Positions 38,837-51,774 of a stretch of 64,000 nt of DNA are shown here, piece after piece; within the stretch, counting starts at the first letter, position 1; each line of letters opens with the position of its first letter. This DNA is from Adineta vaga (taxonomy: Eukaryota; Animalia; Rotifera), in contig CP075492.1 of NCBI GenBank assembly GCA_021613535.1, positions 16,120,001 through 16,184,000 of the forward strand, in the 5' to 3' direction. The translations under genes were made by a program, and so were the position numbers. The notes beneath the pieces are model-generated. The model ran no database searches and was not told where the DNA came from. It saw nothing but the letters and a program-made list of their open reading frames with translations.

Positions 38837-40752
38837 ATGGCCACTGGTAAGGAAAATAATATTGATATGGATGCTGATGACTACGAACACTTTTTACCGT
38901 ACTATCTCTACGTCGGAAATCATTTGGAACAGTACTATCAGGAATACGTAAAGAATCACGGGGATCCTCAAACAGCAGTTTCGTTACAAGAGACCGAACC
39001 TCAGGACGAGCTCTCTCAACCTTCTTCCGAAACATCAGAAGGTCATCCCACACCACGTCAATTCGAAAAGATGTGTTACGCCACTGCAGGTCCAGCCTGT
39101 GAACGTCTTGCAGCTGAGACTCGCCAGAATGTCAAACTGATCGAGCCAAGAACAATACATACGTACCGTTATAAGGATGCGAAGACAGGAGAAATGGTGG
39201 AGAAAGGTATTAAACCTGACATGATTATAGCGTTCAGCCATGATGGCGTTAGGGGTAAGAATGTCGTTGTCGATGCAAAATCACACAAGGGCGCTATACA
39301 AATGTCAGACTATCGCAAACTAGACCGAGATCGAAAAGTGACAAAGGTAAGCAAGTTTGAAATATCCGGGGAAGACAGTCGGCTTTGATGTTCTGTGGTA
39401 GAATAATTTTCATGAACTATTTGTTTTAGTCCTCACATGCTATTCTTTTTATCAACACAAACAGTAAATTACCAAAGTCCGTAGAGGAAGCAGTTGAAGC
39501 CGATCCACATATGAATATCATTCGGTACAACGGTGAACAGCCCAATGCTACTTCAAGAGAATTTGTCGACAAAGTTGGTCCTCATGTAAGTGGTTCCGAA
39601 TTCCGAGCAGACGATCAGCGTTACGAAAATAACAAACAGTACGTTGATCAGTCTGATCTTAAGAAACAAAAATATCCGAATCCTCTCGGTAAACAGAACA
39701 GTGAACTAACTAAGAACACACATCGCCATTTCACTGGTTACGACTTTCGGCATCCCCGCAAGCCAGATGGCTCGCTAGATAGAGATCAGGCGGTGAACGA
39801 AGGTTTGAAAGAAGATGGAACGCTAGACATGCGTCTCAACGAAAACAAGAATGTTGAACAAGTGGAACAGCATCTCACACAGGCAGGTGAGCCAGATATG
39901 CGTTTTGCTGAAAACAAGAATGTTGAACAAGTGGAACAGCATCTCACACAGGCAGGTGAGCCAGATATGCGTTTTGCTGAAAACAAGAATGTTGAAGAAG
40001 TGGAACAGCATCTTACACAGGCAGGTGAGCCAGATATGCGTTTTGCTGAAAACAAGAATGTTGAACAAGTGGAACAGCATCTCACACAGGCAGGTGAGCC
40101 AGATATGCGTTTTGCTGAAAACAAGAATGTTGAAGAAGTGGAACAGCATCTTACACAGGCAGGTGAGCCAGATATGCGTTTTGCTGAAAACAAGAATGTT
40201 GAACAAGTGGAACAGCATCTCACACAGGCAGGTGAGCCAGATATGCGTTTTGCTGAAAACAAGAATGTTGAAGAAGTGGAACAGCATCTTACACAGGCAG
40301 GTGAACCAGATATGCGCTTTAAGGAAAATCAGGAGGCAGTGGCATCTGCGGAAGCTCAAACAATCGATAGTGGTGGTGAGTTTTCCTCTGATATGTTTTA
40401 AATGTATGACAAGATAGTTTTTTTCCGTTAAATTAGAAGAAACTGTAGCTGAAGTTGGAATATCGTCTGGTAGTGGAGAAGGGGACGAACACCTTAAAGC
40501 CGATGGTACTCCTGATATGCGATATAGCTCCAACAGAGAAGATATAGCAGAGATGGAAGAAACTGAAGATATACCAGAAATGAATGAAGGTTTGTACAGT
40601 TTTGTTTTTGAAATTCTCTCAAAACCGCAAAACCTCTCTGTTTCATAGGTATGAGTACAATGAGCCTTGACGATGGCGGTGCGGATAGTGCTGGTGATGG
40701 ACCATTAAAAGCAGATGGTACACCTGATATGCGCTTCAGTGCTAACCAGTGA
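38837..40752 (+). CDS. PD-(D/E)XK (Mrr/restriction-endonuclease-like) nuclease with C-terminal GxPDMR repeats, 4 exons
   Basis: Introns 39347-39429, 40376-40436 and 40590-40648 splice in frame; TGA at 40750-40752. Motifs QFEKMC, KPDMII, VVVDAK, then a helix and HAILFINT strand. Seven 23-aa repeats plus KPDGSLDR, KEDGTLDMR and two KADGTPDMR motifs. Confidence 0.75.
39826..40320 (+). repeat. Coding tandem repeat, 7 x 69 nt, with 138-nt higher-order period
   Basis: gaaaacaaga recurs every 69 nt (39841, 39910, ...). Variants run Q,Q,E,Q,E,Q,E with linked synonymous ctc/ctt changes. Confidence 0.95.
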
Positions 40753-40992
40753 AGGAGCCGCTTTGTCGTGATAATCTTTTGCTGTTGGTTCTAGCATTCT
40801 TCATTCGAGAAATAAATTTTTAAGCTTATATATTGTAATTTATCTAATAAGTAAAATCTTTTTCAGTGTCTAAACGTGTGTGGGCCTGATTTTGCTAGGA
40901 AAAAAGGTAAACCGTCCAGAAGCCATACAGTTTCACTATCAATTTAACGAGGAGACTTACACAAGCGTTCTAACCGTTCAGACCGCATCGTT

Positions 40993-41079
40993 TCTTGAGG
41001 GTGGGTGAGGGTGTGAGTGTGGGTGTGGATGTGGGTGCTAGACAGTTGCAGTACACCCACACCCACACCCTCACACCAC
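40993..41079. repeat. Telomere-like head-to-head junction J6
   Basis: TCTTGAGGGTGGGTGAGGGTGTGAGTGTGGGTGTGGATGTGGGTG / ctagacagttgcagta / CACCCACACCCACACCCTCACACCAC. Confidence 0.9.
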
Positions 41080-41914
41080 GCTTTTGATTCATAGTGTTAA
41101 ACTAAGTTCACATTAGATTTTTTTCTTTTTTAGTTTATTAAATTGTGTTCAATCTATTTAAGAGATTTATTTATCGATATTCCAATGTTTTCTTTTTTTA
41201 AATATATTAAGGAATATTGAAAAAGAACAAAAAAATATTTGAATTCGTTTTCAATCTATCAGTGTGAATCAGAATGATCATAAATATCAAAGAAGAAATA
41301 AATTCATCGATTAAATGTCAAGATTTTGACACAACAGAGTTTACAAAAAAAAGATTTTTATTGTGATAAAATCATTTTAATATATGGAAGAGTGTTGAAA
41401 TCGGTCAATTAGTGTAAGGATTAGGGCATGAAAGATACACTCTCAACCTGGACTTAGGCTCAAAAACTTGAGAATGTCGATTCGACCGTGTGACTCGAGT
41501 TATTCGAAACAATAATTACAAAACGTTTCTTTTATTCCCGTAAAAATAGGCGAGTTGTAAAATTTAATTATCACTTATGCACAACCCTCTTCGTTTAAAT
41601 TGAATATTTGTAATTCAAAGAGATTTTTCAAGCGGTTGTTCCCCCCATCGCTATATCTATATGTGGAAAATGATCGAATAAGTCTATTAAGTCGAATTTG
41701 CATTTTATTTTGTTTCAGATAATTTTTCAACAGTGAAGATATGTTTTCATGATAAAAAGGAAAAGAATCAAATAATAGTAAAAAATATGACTCAACCATC
41801 TTTATTTTCCAACATATTTCGTTTCTTATCATTATTGACTTTCGAGCATTTTATTCTTATCTTCATCAACATGAATCTTCCCATTTTCAGTTTTAAAATT
41901 TCTCTTTCCTACCG

Positions 41915-43791
41915 ATGGATATGGCAAACAGCACAAAACAATGTTTCAAATGTCTGAAATATAAAAAAATTACAGTCCTTTGTAGAGGATGTTCAAAAGA
42001 ATTTTGTCTCGCAGATTTACATGAACATCAACAATTATTAAATGAAGAATTAAATGTTGTTATCAATGATTATGATCAATTTAGACATTCGATAAACGAT
42101 CAAAAACAAAATCCACAAAACCATTCATTGATCAAACAAATTAATCAATGGGAAATAAATTCAATTCAAAGAATTCAACAAACATCTGAAAAATGTCGAC
42201 AAAATATTATTGAGCATTTCAAAACATCTCTTAGAGAGATCGAACAAAAATTAAAGGAACTAAGTGAACAGATCAAAGCAATTCAACGAGAAAATGAATT
42301 TAACGAAATTGATTTGAATGGTTTAAGAGAAAAACTAAGTAAAATGACTGAAGAACTGAATCATCCATCAAATATTTCAATTGAAGGACATAATCAAGGA
42401 TTTATTAAGGAAATTTCAATTGTTTTATCAGATAGTAAGTAAAAATAAAATCATCGAATCTTTATGTTTTGAAAACTTATTAATAAAAATTTTCTTTGAA
42501 TTACTTTCTACATTAGATAATTCGCAATTATCATCAACAAATCATTTTAACAATTTAAAAACGAAAACTTCACCTGTTCAACAAAAAAGTAAAGTTTCTT
42601 TATTTTTCTTGGAAGCGAAAACGAATTCTTAAATCAAATGTTTCAATGAAATAATGAAGAAATCTCTCAATTTCATTTCTTTTTCAATTTGATCACGAAG
42701 ATTTTCTCATTCTCATTATCTTTTTGTATAAATTTCTTTCGAAAAACGTTTCAACCCTTAGTTTTCATTTCCATCTTTTGAAATCACAAATCACTTATTA
42801 TTCAGAACAAAATTCGTTTCTATTAAAACAACCCTTATCAATTTTTCCTTTTTCCCTATAGAAATTTTTGTATTTTTCTCTTCATTTTCTAGAATCAATA
42901 TTTCAACAACATGGAAGAATTGTTGCGGGAGGAAATGGAGATGGAAGGCAATTAAATCAGCTCTCCAATCCTTATGGAATCTTTGTTGATGAAAACAAAA
43001 TCATTTTCATTGCTGATTGTTCGAATCATCGTATTGTTCAATGGAAATATGATGAAAAACAAGGACAAATCATTGCAGGTGGAAATGGAAAAGGAAATAG
43101 AATGGATCAATTGACTTATCCGACAGATGTGATTGTTAATCAACAAAATCATTCAATCATCATTGCTGATTGTATGAATAGACGAGTGATGCGATGGTCA
43201 CGAGATCAAAAACAACAAATTCTCATTCAAAATATTCGTTGTTATGGTTTAACAATGGATCAACATGGATTTCTTTATGTTTCTGATCATGAGAAGAATG
43301 AAGTGAGAAAATGGAAGTTAGAAAACATTAATGAGAACAAAGAAGGAACATTAGTTGCAGGTGGAAATGGAAGAGGAAATCAACGAAATCAACTCGACTG
43401 TCCTACTTTCATCTTTGTTGATAAAGTTCAATCTGTTTATGTTTCAGATCGAGATAATCATCGTGTGATGAAATGGAGAAAAGATGCGAATGAAGGAATT
43501 GTTGTGGCTGGAGGAGATGGTCAAGGAAATAATCTCAATCAATTGAATTCTCCTCATGGATTGTTTGTTGATGAATGGAATCAAATCTATGTGGCAGATT
43601 GTGGGAATCATCGAATAATGCGATGGTATGAAGGAGATAAAGAAGGTTTAGTTATTGTTGGTGGAAATGGTCAAGGAAGTGAATCAAATCAATTGAATAG
43701 GCCCACTGGTTTATCATTTGATTTTGAAGGAAATCTTTATGTTTCAGATTCTGGAAATAATCGAATCGTTCGATTTGATAAAATTTATTGA
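41915..43791 (+). CDS. B-box/coiled-coil + NHL-repeat protein, copy 3 (intact)
   Basis: Exon 1 41915-42434 and exon 2 42893-43791 are in frame. Confidence 0.88.
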
Positions 43792-44222
43792 GATGAACTT
43801 TGCATTTTAAACGTAAGGATTTGATGAAAAACGATTTTTGTCAAATTGAAATGAAATTTGGTAGAAGAAATGTTTGTTAAATCAAAGATTTTGTTTTGTT
43901 TTCAAATCAAATCTTGAAAATTTCTCAAAATTTGTCAATAAACAAATGAAGTGAAATTGATTTTCGAAGATCTTGAAAAAGAAAAACAAAACAATCGAAG
44001 AAAAAAAAAATTAAAAATGTTGTTTTCTTCGAATCAAAAATCCAGAATAGAATTTGAATTTATTTTCTCAATTAGTTAATTGATCATTTTTATCGAGAAA
44101 TCATTGAATCCGTTTAACAAGAACAAAAGAAATTGTCTCATCTTCAGAGATTCTTTGTTGATGAAAAGAAGAAGAATTTTGATATCTGGACAATAAAAAT
44201 GCAATTAAAGCACAATTAACCA

Positions 44223-44272
44223 TCTTGAGAGTGGGTGCGAGTCAATTTCTCTATCCACCCACACCCTCAACA
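44223..44272. repeat. Short telomere-like head-to-head junction J7
   Basis: TCTTGAGAGTGGGTG / cgagtcaatttctctat / CCACCCACACCCTCAACA. Confidence 0.8.
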
Positions 44273-44828
44273 CGAAAAATATGATCCTATTGATCAGAAT
44301 CAAGAGTAAAACATTGAATACTATGTTGAATTCTAGATAAAATTAAACGACAGAATCTGTTGAGTATTGTATTATCATGTTCATTTGATAGATGGTGTAA
44401 AAGTAATGTGTCGAGCCAATCTGTCAAGTTTTCTATTAACCCTCAACTAAAAGGAGGATCCTATGAAAAAAAATTGTTAGTAAACAATAGAAACCAAGAG
44501 TAGAGCGAGAAAATATTGCTTGGCCCTTTCTCAACGCAGATTATTGGGGTATGATATTAAAATCAGTCGGGGGTTATTGATTTTTATAATTCTCAAATAA
44601 ATATTCTACATTGAAAGGATATGTATGAATGTCTATACTCATTCATCACTCCCAGTTCCGTTCTACCCATGACGTTAATTATACTGGTCCAAAAAAATAT
44701 TTCAATAATCAAACCTCCTTTCATTTACCTTTTTTCTTCCTTTATAGAAATTTGTATTGCGAAGGTCTAGAAATCTACGCCTATTTCTTTCTCTTTTGAC
44801 ATCGTTATTTGAATTCAACTAAATCCTG

Positions 44829-46101
44829 ATGATTCACAACTATCGAGCAATAGTCAGTTCAATTATCGTGATTGTTTTCGTTGAAGCAATCTATTATATG
44901 TACAAAACTGATAATAGAATATGGTTCAACAATGATTTCAATCTCTTCAAACAATCGACATCAACAAATAGAACTTTTGTCACTTCAATAAAACATATCA
45001 TTCATGTGAGTAGGTAATTTTAAAGTTTCACTTATTCATTATGTTTTTATTCAATTTTATTAATAGATCAAAGTAACGTGAAGAATACTACTTCTACTAA
45101 TGGAAGCATGATGTCGAAGCCAAATACAAATGAAGAATCTTATCAAACATCTACCTTGTCATCTGTCTCCCCACACTGTAAAACTTCTTCAATAAACAAT
45201 AATTTGAATATAACATCGAACTATCGAGTTAATGTAACAAAAATTCTGTATTCATTTGATGAATTAGAGAGCCAACATGGTTCTGATATACATATTGGTG
45301 GTCATTGGTATCCATTGAATTGTCTTGCTAATCAACGTCTTGCTCTCATTATTTGTTATCGTCAACGTGATCAACATTTACGAATCTTTTTAAATCATAT
45401 TCATCCCTTTTTAAAAGAACAACAACTTGATTATACAATCATTGTTGTTAATCAAAATGGAAAAGAAAAATTCAATCGAGGAGCTTTATTCAATGTTGGA
45501 TATATTGAAGCAATTAAACTCTATTCATTTAATTGTTTTATATTTCATGATGTAGATTTATTACCTGAAGATTCAAGAAATATTTATCAGTGTCATTCTC
45601 TTCCACGACATATGTGAGTAAAACTTATCGATCAAACATTTTCCATACGGATTTATTAGGTCAGTAGCAGTGGATAAATTCAATTATAGATTGTTGTATC
45701 CGACATTATTTGGTGGTGTAACTTCTTTTCATATCGATGATTTTGTTCATGCTAATGGTTTTCCAAATGTCTATTGGGGATGGGGAAATGAAGACGATGA
45801 TATGTACTTACGTGTTACGAAGAGATTGAAGAAGAATATCACTCGTTATCCAATCGAAATCGCTCGTTATCAAATGATTCGAACACATGGTCATAAATCA
45901 GGTATGGTGAATCCTTATCGAGATAAACTTCTTCGTTCAAATTATGATTTCGATCTCGATGGTTTGAATACAATACGTTATAATCTTCATCAAGTAACAT
46001 TACATCGTTTATTTACTCTTATTAACGTTACACTTTTCGAAGAGACGTACGAACAAATTCTTATTCGACTGAATATTACACGTAAAGAGAAACGAACATG
46101 A
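44829..46101 (+). CDS. Beta-1,4-galactosyltransferase / GalNAc-transferase (GT7)
   Basis: Type II TM anchor. Motifs YRQR.QHL, FNRGALFNVG, FHDVDLLP, FGGV and NGFPNVYWGWGNEDDD. Two introns. Confidence 0.93.
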
Positions 46102-46509
46102 TGTTTTTTTATATCAATAAGATTGTAAACCTTCGTCTTTGGTTGAAGATCTTTTTTTTTTGTCTTTTATTTATAGTATTTTTAATTCATACTGTGCATA
46201 CTCGGATGAATGGATCTTATTAGAATCTTTCTATAGGAAAATAAATAATTTCTTTTCATTTTTGTTTAATCACGAAAGAACATTGAAAAATCAATCATGT
46301 CATCTCGGCTTTTTCTTTAGTATCAAACGTACTTCCACACACCTTTCTCTTTTCTTCAATAAATAGTGAGTATTTTATTGTCGTACCTTGGAATTGACGA
46401 TATCAACTCAATCATTATTATTAGAAAAAGGAAACAACGATATTATCTTTGTGCATTTCAATACGTTAGATCGATCAATCAAATAATATCAATTTTTTCT
46501 TTTTTCAAG

Positions 46510-47616
46510 ATGTATGATAAACGCAGAGAAAAACGTTGGATATCTTCGATTAAAAGAAATATATCTTTAATGATCTTTACTATTCAATTAATTCTCATTT
46601 CAACGATTTATCTTCATATTTGGATAATTACTGATTTATCCAAATCATCTCAAATGAATACAGTATCTTCAAAAATCTAAAATCTAAATGATTATTCCAA
46701 ACGTTCACCAATTGTTTTCAAGTGTAATGAAAAACGTAAAATAGCCTTTACATTCGATGATGGCCCTCATCCAATCTACACTTCTTCAATCGTCAAAACA
46801 TTAAATCGACAACAAGTAAAAGCCGGGTTCTTCCTTTCTGGAACATCAATTCAAAGTTTTCTCAATGCTCATAATAATCTTACTGTTCATACATTTGAAA
46901 GACCACGAATAGGATATTTACTCTTACAAGATTATACATTAATTGTAAATCTATTTCAAGGACATGAAATTTATCTTCATGGTTGGTTACATGAAAAAAT
47001 AACTGAAATGGAAATACAAACAGTTGTGGATAATATTTCTACACAATTATTAGAAATAGGTCTTTTGAAAGGATTTAAACCAATCTATCGAGCACCATGG
47101 GGAATTGGTACAGCACCGGTTCATGTCAATAGAAAAGCTTTACTTCCACAAATTTTAGATCAAATGGGAATTCTTCCTGTGTTTTGGAATATCGATACAA
47201 AAGATTATCTAGTTAATGTCGATGAAGATACAGTAATTAATAATACGGTACGTATGATCTGTATGAGACAAGGTGGACATATATTAATGCATGATAATCG
47301 ACCAACAACAGCTTTTTTTCTTGATCGACTTATTCGTTCGATTCGTGCCAGTGGCCATATTATCGTAAGTCCAAATGAGATCGATAGGAAATGGAATGAT
47401 CAAAGTCGAATGAATAGAACAAGAAAATATATCGAACTTCTACGAGAACGAGCTTGGAATATACAAAATAATCGAACACTTCAAACGAGTAATTATCGCC
47501 CTGTACAAATTATTTTATCATCACGACAAGGAAAAATTGAACCTTTACATTGTATTACTCCACTTGCACAATATCAAGGAAAAATTCGAGTTTATCCAAG
47601 TATAAGCGATGTTTAA
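46510..47616 (+). pseudogene. Polysaccharide deacetylase (CE4/NodB-type), intronless, one in-frame TAA at 46678-46680
   Basis: Motifs FTFDDGP, HGWLH, YRAPWG, WNIDTKDY and ILMHD. The N-terminal TM anchor is in the same frame but separated by a single stop codon. Confidence 0.8.
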
Positions 47617-47726
47617 TTCTTTGATTTTCTAGCACGATCCTCGTATATTCATTGTGATTCTTTATTCGCAGTTAATAAATAACAGATGATATGTGTATAA
47701 GTAAATATGAGCAATAAACAAATGAT

Positions 47727-49196
47727 TTAAAAGCGTAATGTCACGATTTCTTCAATCATACGAAGTAAATTACGTATTGTACCATTACATAATTCTTCGA
47801 GATTACTTGAAGACATTGTTGGTAACGAACCCATACAAGCAATTGTTAAAACACCATTGACACTTTGTACAAATATAAATGGAACAACAGTTAAAATAAG
47901 ATTCAGAAAAGGCGTAGTATCTAAAAGTTCCCATCGTCCATATCGTTCTTGAAAAGGTAAACGACCCCAATTTGATATAAGACAAGTTGGAAGATCGTCA
48001 ATGTTTGGTTCATGAATATTCTTTTGATAAATCCATCCTAACATCATTGCAAGCGCATGAGTATGACCAGCATCGAGAGATTTTTTAATATGAATTCCAA
48101 ATGTTGATGCAAGCTGCCACATACCTTCGGATGTTGTTGGTACATCTCTTTTAGGTGTTGAAAATGCCATTGTAGCTGATGCATGAAAACTAAGATCATG
48201 AGTTGGTACTTGTGGATTACATCGTTGACGAGTATCAGCGACAACACCCAATACTAATCGTGCTCGTTGATCTTTTTCTGTATTGACTATTGTAGAAAGA
48301 GCACAGAGAACAGCACTACTTACAGCTGATGTTATTGTTACACCTTCACGTCGACATTTTTCTAATAAATCTCGTGAAATTTCTTTTGTTAATCGACCAT
48401 AAAAAGCTTCTGTTTGACAATATTGTGCCATATCAGTTAATGGAACATCAACAGGTGTTAGAGGAATTCGTGCAGTACGTCGACTACTTGCTGCACGCCA
48501 ATATAATGCAATAGGGATAAATTTACCAAATGTAACAACACGATTCCATGTGGAAAGTGTTCGTCGAACGGCTCCTTCTAATGTAATTGGCCAATTTAAT
48601 GATGTTTCAAATATATTTGTATTATCTTCACTTAATGATAAAAGAAGTTCATGTGCAACAGTACTAAGAGATAATCCATCACAAATACTATGTTCACATA
48701 TAATAACGATTTCACGTGGACTATTTTCATCATTATCATCATCTATATCCTATGTAGAAAATTAATAAGAGAACAAAAGAAGTGAATTTCGTACTTGTAA
48801 AAGCCAAAATTCTGCAAGTCCTTGTCCAAGAATTGCTGGTTCTTTCTCTCTCTTTTTCCATTCTTCTTGCCAGAAATGAACATGATCAGAACGATTTCGT
48901 AAGATTTCAACGATTTTAAGTTCCAATGAAAAGTCTTCTTCCATCAGAAATGTTCCCGGTTTTGCTGGATTCGTTTGTAATCGACTTCGAAGAAAAGGAT
49001 GACGAAGTTGTAAACGATGAACTGCAAAGATTAAGGCTTCCAGTTTAATATAAGGTCCTTGTAAATGTAAAACTTCACCAACTTTCATATAACCAAGATG
49101 TTTTTGTGATGTCGCGACTAATGCATTTTCTGCCGAACCCATTATTCGCTGTTTTAATTGTTTTAAAGATGGTCTTCGATGTGTTCCTGTTGTCAT
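47727..49196 (-). CDS. Condensation-domain / alcohol-acetyltransferase (PapA5-like) acyltransferase
   Basis: RHPFLRS, catalytic EHSICDG (HxxxDG), CRREGVTITSA and ISNWG motifs. One intron, 48750-48794. Confidence 0.82.
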
Positions 49197-49947
49197 TGTA
49201 GATCAAATCAACTAGATATTAGAACAACTAATGGATTAGTTCTATTCAAATATTACTCTTTGTCAAATATCAAACATTTACGCTCTAATACCGGTACGAA
49301 ATATTTTATATTCTACTTTATGTTTATTACGTTTTAATTGATCAATATCGGATGTATGAAGAGATAAGAAGGAAAAAACAGAGTGAATAGGTAAAACAAT
49401 ATTGTCATTTTCAATTGAGAAAGAAAAATCAAGCGAGAAATGACGTTCTCTATTATGTATGATTGCATGCATTGATTAACAATATACTCTATTAATATAT
49501 GAAGAAAAACAAACACCCACACACGTAGTTCACTTTATTTGAAAAATAAATCATTTTTCTCTCTTGTTTCTTTTTTTCTATAAGAAAGAAAAAATGAACA
49601 AAATTAAAAACGTGTTCGTCATGAAAACGAATATTTGTTTTTATTTTATATAACTGATTAAAATCAAATACAAAAGTAACGGTTAGTTTTTTTCTTTCCT
49701 TTGATAATTATATCAATGTTTAAGAACGAAAGAGAAATATTTATTCTATATATAAACATCAGTTAGATAAGGACAAATATTAATCGATTTGGATTAATTT
49801 TATTTTGTTTAATAAACAAGATTTTTTCGAAAAGTGTCGAATTTCAATGAACAATTGTGTACATTTGTCCTCCTTTCTCTTTGTATCGTTCGATAAGCTT
49901 TCAGACGTTGAAGGTATATTTTTATTGTGTAAAACTACTTGAAGAAT

Positions 49948-51774
49948 ATGATTCATTCGATGTTGCTAAAACAATCCACGTTTCTTCCTTTTCTTTCTTG
50001 TTTATTGTTGGAAAAAAGCGTTGTTTTAGTTTCGAATTCCATCATGTTAAATCGTGAATCTTGTTCATCATTAATATTACGTATTCGTAATCAATATCAT
50101 CGAGAAACACGTGATAAACATTTAAAATCTCTTCGAAATATGTGTTCTAGTTTCTTATATCCAGCTGTGATTCTAATTACATTTTATTATACAAATCAAA
50201 TATATAATGCATGGCAAGGTCCTTTTCCAATGAATTTTACCGAATTTCGTACGTATATAGAAACTCCTATTAATAGTTTGGATGATTATGGTGCAATGGA
50301 TTTCTTACGTCAACTTTTCTTTCCATCGGAATATGTTCAAATTGAATTAGGTGAAAATCTTATTGATGAAAGCATGAAAAATACATTTCATCTCTATGAA
50401 AATGATCAATCTGAGGGACAATTAATATCAGTCTTCAATCAAATTGTCGAACCATCGATGAATACTAAAAGTTTCAATGTACTTGTAAAATTTTCAGCAT
50501 ATGATCAACCCTATTGGAAAATTCATTATCCATATAAGTTTCAATCATTTCATTTGAATACATTACAATGTATCGTTCAACAATTGAATATTTCATCAAT
50601 ACAATATGAACAATGGTCGGATAAATCCCTATATATTAATCATATTGAACAAATTTATAATGAAAATATCGAAATATTTAATAAGAAAGTAATTAGAAAA
50701 TGTGGAATTCTCATTGGATATCGTTATCGACCTGCGAATGAAAAAATCTTTCGAATCAATACGAATAAATCTTATTATTTGGATAAAAATAATGTTCGAT
50801 TATTCGATGCTTCATGTGCTTATACATGTTACATTGCTTACATTGTTATTTGTATTTCTATATGTTATTCATTGAAAAATCTTGTAGAATTTGTTACATT
50901 ACTCAATCAATTCTTTTCTCTAACAATTTCACCAATGGAATATGTTTTTGAAAAAGAGAAAAAGATGATTTCTTCAGAAAATTTTGATCTTATTTTATAT
51001 GAAACAAATTTTAGAAATAATTATCATGATCGATTATTTATTATCTATGATAAGTATTTAGTTATGTTAATGATTGATTTCGAAGAAAAAAATGAAAAAA
51101 TCCTCGAAAAATTTTATGAAAAATCACCAGTGATTATTCTTCCGATTGAGAAGATATTTTATGTAGCATATGATCGAATTTTACTTGATATTTATCATAG
51201 AGAATTGATTGATTTACCTCAATGTGTAAATAGTATTCATTTTAATCCATCGAATTGGTTACATGAACGATTAATGATTCTTAACGAACAATATCGATTA
51301 AAGTAAAAGAATTTAAAAATGAGAAAATGCATTTTGAACTACTTTTTTTTGTTCTTTAGTTGGGAAAAACTAACGTTTCAACAAGTTTTAATAGAAGAAA
51401 ATAGATCGTTTCTTGAAACGTTAATTAGAGAAGAAATTCAATATCAATTAAATCAAAATCGAAATGATATTAATCGTATATCAACAGCAGCATCTCCTCA
51501 TCTCATTGCACAATTTCGTTTAGCTGATCAATACATCGTTACTCAAGATTTAGTTGGTACAACTTGTACAATTTGTCTAGTAGATTTTCAATTAGATCAA
51601 TATTTTGTTTATTGGCCATGTATAGCTCAACATAGATTTCATTTTCATTGTACGTTAAATGCTTTACGAACAATGAATACATGTCCATTATGCCGACAAC
51701 CAGTTCCACCTGTAAATTTACTCTTTTATAACAAAGTATCATTGACACGTGTTCAATCAATTAACAATACATAA
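49948..51774 (+). CDS. Membrane-associated RING-H2 E3 ubiquitin ligase
   Basis: C-terminal CTIC...PC...HRFHFHC...CPLCR. Two hydrophobic segments. Intron 51303-51359; start codon uncertain. Confidence 0.8.

Noticed and set aside
39826-40320. CRISPR-like array
   Set aside because: The units are contiguous 69-nt in-frame coding repeats with no unique spacers and no cas genes.
39786-40533. Antisense and alternative-frame ORFs over the repeat
   Set aside because: They are shadows of a stop-free tandem repeat; only the + frame splices into a coherent gene.
44436-44577. piggyBac-like MITE (TTAACCCT...GGGTTAT)
   Set aside because: The inverted ends are short and imperfect, and the right TTAA is not intact.
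49513-49525. Possible additional telomeric tract (acacccacacac)
   Set aside because: Too short, with no anchor and no G-rich partner.
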